Positions 58,065 to 64,000 of a stretch of 64,000 bases of DNA are shown piece by piece. Each line of letters starts with the position of its first letter. The stretch's first letter is position 1. The notes beneath the pieces are model-generated. The model was not told where the DNA came from. It ran no database searches and was given only the letters and a program-made list of their open reading frames with translations. The position numbers were made by a program, and so were the translations under genes. Source of the DNA: Candidatus Woykebacteria bacterium (GTDB taxonomy: Bacteria; Patescibacteriota; Microgenomatia; Woykebacterales; RBG-16-39-9b); NCBI GenBank assembly GCA_040876265.1, contig JBBDPN010000001.1:310208-374207 (forward strand), in the 5' to 3' direction.

Positions 58065-59111
58065 TCACACAAACTTGTTAAGGTTTCTGCTTTTTAGTAT
58101 ATTAACCACCCTGCGCACTTCATTGGCCCGTTTTTTTCGTAAAATAAGAAGGGCGTCTTTTGTATTTATAATTGCCAAATCTGAAACACCTAAAGTCACC
58201 ACCAAACCATCTTCAGAAAAAATAAGGGATTTTTTTGAGTCTAAATCAATTACTTTCCCTTTTTTAACGTTCCCACCTTTTTTGTTTAAAAGATCAAATA
58301 GGGTCTCCCAATCTCCAACATCGTACCAGCGAAAGTCTCCTACCACCATAAGTATGTTTTCTGCTTTTTCAAGTACGGCTGTGTCAATTGGATCTGCCGG
58401 TAATTTCTGCCAATCACCTCTTTTATTACTAGAAAGTGCTTTAAGCAACTCAGGAAAATATTTTTCTAGCGCAGAAAAAAACACGGAGGCTCTGTATGAA
58501 TTGATATTGGCATTCCAATAATATTTACCTCCAGAAAAGTATTTTTTGGCGGTTTTTAGATCTGGCTTCTCCTTAAAGAGCTCGACTTCAAAAACTCCCT
58601 TGGATCCTATTTTTAATTTTTCATTGCCAGCCAAAATATAACCCCTACTGGTATCCGGGTGGTCTGGTTTGATACCCATCGTCACAATGTAATTTCTAGA
58701 GGCAGCGGTCTCTATAGAGGCGAGTAGGGTTTTTGCAAATTTCTTTTCATCTGGAATATAATGGTCTGAAGCGAAAGTTGAGACTGTAGCGTCGGGGTTT
58801 GATCTACTGATGTGTCTCACCGCCAATCCAGCCGCAGCGGCCGTACTTTTTGACTCTGGTTCGATAAGAATATTTTGCTTCGGTAAATTTGGTATTTCCT
58901 TTCTTATTTCAGCTACGAAATCTTTTGAAGTAACCAGATAAATATTACTTACAGGAAAAATTTTCTTTACCCGATCAAAGGTTTCTTGTAGTAAAGTCTT
59001 ATTATTAAAAAGTCTTAAAAACTGCTTTGGTTTATTTTTACGAGATAGGGGCCACAGTCTAGTACCACCACCTCCAGCCAAAATTACTGCGTATTTTTCT
59101 GATTTTGCCAT
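58065..59111 (-). CDS. manC: Mannose-1-phosphate guanylyltransferase-like nucleotidyltransferase
   Basis: 348 aa. YAVILAGGGGTRLWPLSRKNKPKQF is the NTP-transferase G-rich loop typical of GDP-mannose pyrophosphorylase. Confidence 0.65.
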   Translation of the reverse strand: MAKSEKYAVILAGGGGTRLWPLSRKNKPKQFLRLFNNKTLLQETFDRVKKIFPVSNIYLVTSKDFVAEIRKEIPNLPKQNILIEPESKSTAAAAGLAVRHISRSNPDATVSTFASDHYIPDEKKFAKTLLASIETAASRNYIVTMGIKPDHPDTSRGYILAGNEKLKIGSKGVFEVELFKEKPDLKTAKKYFSGGKYYWNANINSYRASVFFSALEKYFPELLKALSSNKRGDWQKLPADPIDTAVLEKAENILMVVGDFRWYDVGDWETLFDLLNKKGGNVKKGKVIDLDSKKSLIFSEDGLVVTLGVSDLAIINTKDALLILRKKRANEVRRVVNILKSRNLNKFV

Positions 59112-60235
59112 GCTTCCTCAACAAAAAATTTTATCAGCCGCTTAAAATTTTCGCTAGAAAATTTTTCGGCCTGCTTTCTACAGGCTGTCGGTTCATAATT
59201 TTCTAGTTTGAATTTTTTTAGCGTATTTATTATAGCACTTGGGGTTTGCTCATCAAAAAATTCTCCGGTTACTCCTTCCACCACAGTCTCGGTAGCACCG
59301 CCTTTACGAAAGGCAATTACCGGCTTACCAGTGGCCATAGCCTCCACCGGTACGATACCAAAATCTTCATAGGTAGGAAAAATCAAAGCCTTACAGTTTT
59401 GCAATAGCTGGATCTTTTCTTTTTCGGGAACCCGACCAAAGAAAACTATATTTGATTTTGCGAGGGACTTTAAATACGGTAGCTGTGGGCCATCTCCTAC
59501 TATTTTCAACGGTAATTTCAGCTTGTTAAACGCTTCGACAACAATATCAATTCTTTTATAGTCTCCAAGCCTAGAAACAACCAAAAAATATTTATCTTGC
59601 TGATTACTGATCCCCGATCCCCGATCACTAAGGTTAACGAAACGAGCGGTATCAACTGGTGGATAAATAACTACTGAATCTCGGTTATAATGTTTTTTTA
59701 TTCTTTTCTGCACTTCCCTAGAATTGGCAATAAAAAAATCCACTTTTTGGGCAGCAGCGTAATCTGCCTTTTTCAGCTTTCCTTTCAAACCTGGAAGAAT
59801 TTTCTTGTAAAGTGGATCTAATAGTCGGTCCAAACCAAAAACTATTGGTTCTGTGAGTTCGGTATCGTAGCCCCACAAAAATCTTGGCACCGTGTGGAGA
59901 TAACAAATATGAGTAGCTCTTCCTTTGCTTATAAACTTTGCTGCAAACGTAGATGAGGAGATAACGATATCTGCGTCAATATCTATCCGTTTGAACAGCT
60001 CTGGGTAAAACGGGACAAAGTGTTTGTAAAACTTAAAACTAAAAGGAATTTTCGATAGCAAAGGAGTTCTTATATTTTCAGGATCGATTTTTAGTAAGCC
60101 CAGAACGTTTTTATCGACAAAAGAAGTGTAGATAGGGGACTGGCGCCAAATTTCGTGAAAAGCCTCCAATACTCTTTCCGCCCCACCATATTGGACCAGG
60201 TAGTCAGGTGCTATGACAATTTTCGGTTTGAACAT
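59084..60235 (-). CDS. Family 4 glycosyltransferase (GT4)
   Basis: 383 aa. EDFGIVPVEAMATGKPVIA is the GT4 E-x7-E region. Overlaps the manC start. Confidence 0.75.
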   Translation of the reverse strand: MFKPKIVIAPDYLVQYGGAERVLEAFHEIWRQSPIYTSFVDKNVLGLLKIDPENIRTPLLSKIPFSFKFYKHFVPFYPELFKRIDIDADIVISSSTFAAKFISKGRATHICYLHTVPRFLWGYDTELTEPIVFGLDRLLDPLYKKILPGLKGKLKKADYAAAQKVDFFIANSREVQKRIKKHYNRDSVVIYPPVDTARFVNLSDRGSGISNQQDKYFLVVSRLGDYKRIDIVVEAFNKLKLPLKIVGDGPQLPYLKSLAKSNIVFFGRVPEKEKIQLLQNCKALIFPTYEDFGIVPVEAMATGKPVIAFRKGGATETVVEGVTGEFFDEQTPSAIINTLKKFKLENYEPTACRKQAEKFSSENFKRLIKFFVEEAWQNQKNTQ

Positions 60236-60298
60236 GAGGCTAATTATATCTCGCTAGAGAAATAAGCGCGAGATGTAATCTCAAATCAGCTGAATTTA

Positions 60299-62608
60299 TT
60301 AGGGGATTTGGAGAGTTGCTTGGAGTAAGCCATAACGATAAATATTGTCCACTCCTCTCCTTCCCAGATCTCTGGTCGACCGTAGTAATGTTCTTTCTAT
60401 AAGACTATTGGTCCCTACCCCTCTGGAGGCAGCTAAAGCGGCGACGGCAGAGACATGAGAAGCTGCCAAGGAAGTACCAGACATATATAAATACTTGAAA
60501 TTGGAATAATTATTTCCTACCGCGCTGATGGTTGGTAAGTAGAGGCCATCCTTTTTACCGTCTCTATTTTGATCCACCCTAGTATCTCCTCCTGGCGCAA
60601 AAAGGTCGATCCAACTTCCATAATTAGAGTAATAGGCTCGGGAATTATCAAATCTCGTGGCACCCACACCAAGAACATATCCTGTCGCCGCTGGGTAAAA
60701 AGGTTTTGCACTACTATTATTACCCGCAGCCGCTACCACCACTGCTCCCTTGGAATAAGCCGAGGAAATACGACGGCCCAATATATAGGAATTTTCCGGG
60801 CCGCCGAAAGAGAAGTTTATCACCCTCGCCCCCCTAGCGGTTGCCCAAGATATACCTTTGGCAATATCACTATCGATACCGAACCCGTTTTTGTTCAAAA
60901 CCTTTATGGGTAAGATGGTAACGGCCGGAGCGATTGATGCGTTGGCCAGGGAGTTATTGGTCGAAGCGGCTATGATGCTAACCACCGCTGTGCCATGCCC
61001 ATTGTCGTCGTTTGCGTGAGCGTCACCGTTTACAAAATCGTAAGCGTTGGCGCTATCGAAACTAGTATTTCCAAAATCTGGTAGCTGTGAATAGCTACCG
61101 CTACCGTCGACGTAGTTTTCGTAAGCTACGCCCGTATCTAGCACGGCCACCTTGACTCCTGATGACCCAAGTGAAGAACGCCAAGCCTGGTCTTGTTTAA
61201 TTTTAGTCAGATACCATTGTGAATTAAAAAGAGGGTCATCCGGCACGGCTGGATCGTCAGGAAAATCTACCTGTTTCCTTATGTAGTTGGGTTGGACCAA
61301 AGCTATGGTACTAGATCTTCTTAAGTCTCGCAGTACATCTGTCGCAAGTCTATTTTTGCTAAAAGCTACCCGCTTTAGCGAACCATTTTTATAAAGTGCC
61401 AAAACTTCCAAAGGCATTTGCCTGGCAAGTGTTCGCAACAGTGGTACAAAATTATTCAAATTTTTCCCGGCACATTCAGTATCACCTACATCACCATGGT
61501 TTGTAACGTTAGCAAAGGTATATTCATATCCTGGGGAACCAAACCGACTTCTCCCAGCCGGATCAAAACCGTGACTAGTAGATTTCCAAACTGCGATTTG
61601 CTGCAGTGCGTTTTTCGCTGCCTTAGTGGGGTAAGCAGTACGATAATCTCCAATCACCGCGACTCCGACGCTGCCGTAGTTGTAGTGATATACGTGACCA
61701 CCAACGACGCCGTCTCCTCCGTACCTTCCTTCATAAATATTACCTTTGGAGTCCGCCAGATAGTTATAGCCAATATCACCCCACTTTCTAACCACCGAGT
61801 GAAAATAATAAATTGCTCTTACTGTAGCGGCAGGGTTGCTGCCAGCATTGAGCGTAACCGTGTGGTGAACAAACATTTTTTTGATTTTTCGGTACTCTGG
61901 ACCCCACCTCATTAGCTTTGGATCGGCCCCCCAACGCGAACGAGAAATTATGTTCGGTCGATCAGTAGGTTTCCTACTGGTCGTTGCCGCAAAAGATCCT
62001 TTCACAATGTTTGGAGCAACCGCTACTTTTTCATGTAAATTACGCCAAAATTTTTCCCAAAAACTCTCCTCCGAATCTATATAGATTAATTTGATTTTCT
62101 CCACCGTCCCCTCGTTTTTAGGATCTGTCAAGACCCGAAGACGATATTTGATAAAGTTACCTTCGGCCACGATGAGGTTACTAAAATTTTCACCTTCGGC
62201 TGGCGGCTCTTTTCCATCGCTGTCGGGATCTTTCTCTGCATTTTTCCACCCAGACCAGATCCTACCTTCATCGGAGGTACTGACTTGCACTGTCACCTCA
62301 CTTTCCTCATCCAAACTTTCTTTCCAGTTGACGACAATAGCGTTATAACCAAAGGCAGTTTTACGGGCAGGGAATTCTTTTACTATTTCCACCTTATTAG
62401 TTGTTCCAAGAATGTTAGAACCGGTTCTATCGGCAAGAGCACCAAGATCTTCTTTCGGTAGAGAGGATTCCAAACTATCTGCTCGTATTTTGACTGGTTT
62501 TGGCTTGGTCAAGTGGAAAACGAAGATAATAGATGCAAAAAAAATCAAGATGGCAAGGATAGCTAAAGTTGTAGTCGTAAGAAAGTAATTAACCCTTAAA
62601 AACCTCAT
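60299..62608 (-). CDS. Membrane-anchored fusion protein: beta-sandwich domain + PGRP/Amidase_2 N-acetylmuramoyl-L-alanine amidase + C-terminal subtilisin-like S8 serine protease
   Basis: 769 aa. Transmembrane anchor near the N-terminus. Amidase_2 hallmarks SRSRWGAD, VHHTVT, WGDIGYNYLADSKGNIYEGRYGG, GGHVYHYNYGSVGVAVIGDY and TECAGKNL. S8 catalytic triad VAVLDTGV (Asp), HGTAVVSIIAA (His) and GTSLAASHVSAVAALA (Ser). Confidence 0.7.
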   Translation of the reverse strand: MRFLRVNYFLTTTTLAILAILIFFASIIFVFHLTKPKPVKIRADSLESSLPKEDLGALADRTGSNILGTTNKVEIVKEFPARKTAFGYNAIVVNWKESLDEESEVTVQVSTSDEGRIWSGWKNAEKDPDSDGKEPPAEGENFSNLIVAEGNFIKYRLRVLTDPKNEGTVEKIKLIYIDSEESFWEKFWRNLHEKVAVAPNIVKGSFAATTSRKPTDRPNIISRSRWGADPKLMRWGPEYRKIKKMFVHHTVTLNAGSNPAATVRAIYYFHSVVRKWGDIGYNYLADSKGNIYEGRYGGDGVVGGHVYHYNYGSVGVAVIGDYRTAYPTKAAKNALQQIAVWKSTSHGFDPAGRSRFGSPGYEYTFANVTNHGDVGDTECAGKNLNNFVPLLRTLARQMPLEVLALYKNGSLKRVAFSKNRLATDVLRDLRRSSTIALVQPNYIRKQVDFPDDPAVPDDPLFNSQWYLTKIKQDQAWRSSLGSSGVKVAVLDTGVAYENYVDGSGSYSQLPDFGNTSFDSANAYDFVNGDAHANDDNGHGTAVVSIIAASTNNSLANASIAPAVTILPIKVLNKNGFGIDSDIAKGISWATARGARVINFSFGGPENSYILGRRISSAYSKGAVVVAAAGNNSSAKPFYPAATGYVLGVGATRFDNSRAYYSNYGSWIDLFAPGGDTRVDQNRDGKKDGLYLPTISAVGNNYSNFKYLYMSGTSLAASHVSAVAALAASRGVGTNSLIERTLLRSTRDLGRRGVDNIYRYGLLQATLQIP

Positions 62609-62654
62609 TACACTCTAGGTTAAACCAAAACAACCTAGCTTTCAAGTTCGTCTC

Positions 62655-62760
62655 CTATCAACCATGGTAAGGCTTCTTCTACACCGCCATATTGGACCTA
62701 GTAGTCGTGGACTATGACTATCTTTGGTTGTCGTAACATCGACTAGATTATAGCAGCCTA
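62655..62760 (-). pseudogene. Degenerate duplicate of the 5' end (upstream region + first ~26 codons) of the GT4 gene at 59084..60235; contains an in-frame stop
   Basis: Minus-strand ATG at 62739 translates MLRQPKIVIVHDY*VQYGGVEEAL, against the GT4 N-terminus MFKPKIVIAPDYLVQYGGAERVL. About 75-80% nucleotide identity between 60176-60260 and 62680-62765, including about 25 nt upstream of the ATG. Confidence 0.45.
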
Positions 62761-62910
62761 TTAATTTTTATATGATTTTAGCCAAAACTGGTTGTGTTTT
62801 AAGTTCGAAACAAATGAAATCGCTTTTGTCAAGTTGCAAAGCTGTTTATAATTCGATTATTATAAGTCCACCTTATTCTGTCCTCAACCGTAACTAGCCT
62901 GTAAATTGAA

Positions 62911-64000
62911 ATGAATATATTATTTGTATTGAACAATAGCATAAATTATGGCGGCTCAGAGCGGTATGTGAATACCCTTAGCAGTGCATTTGTAGAAAAG
63001 GGACACAAGGTTGTTGTCATATCCACCAAAGGACCTTTAGTGGATTATTTGGATGAAAGGGTCATTCACGAAGAGATAGACCCTGTCCTCATTCCTACAG
63101 AAGTAGACTTAGTGAAAATTGCTACTGTTATAAAAAAAGCCTGCAAAAAGTACCAAATAGATGTAGTCCACTGCAATTCCCTGGTTGATTTCAGGGCGGC
63201 AATTTTAATAAAGAAGGAAATTAATTTACCATTTATTTATACGGCCCACCTGGTTGAGGAGCTGGTAGGGTTCCCAATTCTGGGGTCGGAATTCAATTTG
63301 GCTGCTGATAGAGTAATTACTGTCTCAAATTTTATTAAACACCACCTAATAAATACTGGCCTATCTACAAAAAAAATCAGCCAAATTTATCATGGTGTAG
63401 ATACACACAAATTTAATGGAGGGACCGCAAGCCAAGCGTTGAAAACTTCTCTGGGGATAAAAAACGGGGAAAAAATTCTCATGTCGGTTTCTAGGCTCTA
63501 TCCTATAAAAGGCATCAATTTTGCTATAGAGGCCCTAAAACTTGTACTCAAGGGGAGAAACAACATAAAAATAGTTTTTGTTGGCGAAGGTCCTTATAAA
63601 GATGAATACAAGAACTTGGCGGTTAAATTAGGCGTAGAGGATAACGTTTTGTTTCTAGGGCGACATAAAAATGTTGAAGAACTTCTCAGTTTGGCAGACA
63701 TATTTTGCCTTCCATCCTTAATGGAGTCTTTGTCATTCGCAATCCTTGAGGCAATGTCCAAAGGCAAACCTGTGGTAGCGACTAAAGTTGGCGGAATACC
63801 AGAAGTGGTAAGTGACAAGGAAACCGGTTTACTAGTATCAAGTGGTAATACAAAAGAGCTTGCAGAGGCTATAAATAAATTACTGGGAGACCCAGAACTT
63901 GCTCGACGCCTATCCAGAAACGGGAAAGAGCGGGTAAAAGATCTTTTTCGGGTGGAGAGAATGGTAGAGGAAACACTTTTCGCTTACGAAAGAGTGTTGA
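62911..64000 (+). CDS. Family 4 glycosyltransferase (GT4); 3' end runs off the window
   Basis: Starts MNILFVLNNSINYGGSERYVNTL. GT4 motifs ESLSFAILEAMSKGKPVVATKVGGIPEVV. No stop before position 64000. Confidence 0.75.
   Translation, partial: MNILFVLNNSINYGGSERYVNTLSSAFVEKGHKVVVISTKGPLVDYLDERVIHEEIDPVLIPTEVDLVKIATVIKKACKKYQIDVVHCNSLVDFRAAILIKKEINLPFIYTAHLVEELVGFPILGSEFNLAADRVITVSNFIKHHLINTGLSTKKISQIYHGVDTHKFNGGTASQALKTSLGIKNGEKILMSVSRLYPIKGINFAIEALKLVLKGRNNIKIVFVGEGPYKDEYKNLAVKLGVEDNVLFLGRHKNVEELLSLADIFCLPSLMESLSFAILEAMSKGKPVVATKVGGIPEVVSDKETGLLVSSGNTKELAEAINKLLGDPELARRLSRNGKERVKDLFRVERMVEETLFAYERVL

Noticed and set aside
1-64000. CRISPR arrays, rRNA genes, transposases/integrases, toxin-antitoxin pairs.
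   Set aside because: No spaced direct-repeat arrays, no rRNA-like conserved stretches and no DDE/tyrosine-recombinase-like ORFs were found. The only mobile-DNA-like signals are the tRNA fragments and the GT4 5' duplication reported above.

Overview
The window is a 64 kb segment that is mostly core genome, tightly packed and mostly minus-strand. It probably comes from a small-genome Gram-positive-type or CPR/Patescibacteria-like bacterium. That inference rests on GatCAB, an archaeal/eukaryote-type IleS, a Pol I that starts directly at the 3'-5' exonuclease domain (no 5' nuclease domain), FemAB, and frequent 4-nt gene overlaps.

Main blocks, in order:
- 1-5804: operon htpX-gatC-gatA-X-gatB-polA, where X is a Vsr/DUF559-like endonuclease-fold gene wedged inside gatCAB.
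- 5972-9863: lemA, then polX (PHP), pyrE, pyrF.
- 9995-11126: tRNA-Asp, tRNA-Gly, tRNA-Thr around a LysM gene.
- 11128-15491: surface-glycan genes (Ig-like protein, O-antigen-ligase-like, flippase, PurM-like).
- 15844-24344: VOC-family protein, guaB, a tRNA-Val flanked by tRNA-like fragments, lepB, parB, rpmA, rplU, a SEDS protein, ileS, and a KGG-repeat stress protein.
- 24802-26946: a MerR-family regulator, then pyrG.
- 27162-49509: a 22 kb collinear dcw (division/cell-wall) cluster on the minus strand. Order from mraZ: mraZ-rsmH-ftsL-ftsI-murE-glmU(N-terminal only)-pgeF-murC-murB-hyp-murA-transglutaminase-FemAB-murI-murF-mraY-murD-ftsW-murG-ftsQ-ftsA-ftsZ.
- 49733-53319, plus strand: a GlmU C-terminal-like hexapeptide acetyltransferase, then a SucC-like, SucD-like and short citrate-synthase-fold trio. 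The trio looks like citryl-CoA synthetase/citryl-CoA lyase, i.e. two-step ATP-dependent citrate cleavage.
- 53316-64000: glyQS, recO, then a glycan locus (sugar-1-P transferase, ManC-like, two GT4) interrupted by a 769-aa membrane-anchored fusion of a PGRP-type amidase and an S8 subtilase.

The fusion gene has a pseudogenised duplicate of the GT4 5' end upstream of it, which is an insertion signature.

Candidate regulatory DNA:
- An operator-like array of AAAGTG[GT] boxes at 10/20-bp phasing overlapping the mraZ promoter.
- A GC-rich hairpin over the mraZ start.
- TTGACAAGG tandem repeats upstream of a dcw-embedded hypothetical gene.
- Several palindromes and hairpin terminators.

No CRISPR array, rRNA or classical transposase/integrase is visible. 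All calls rest on motif recognition by eye; no database searches were run.
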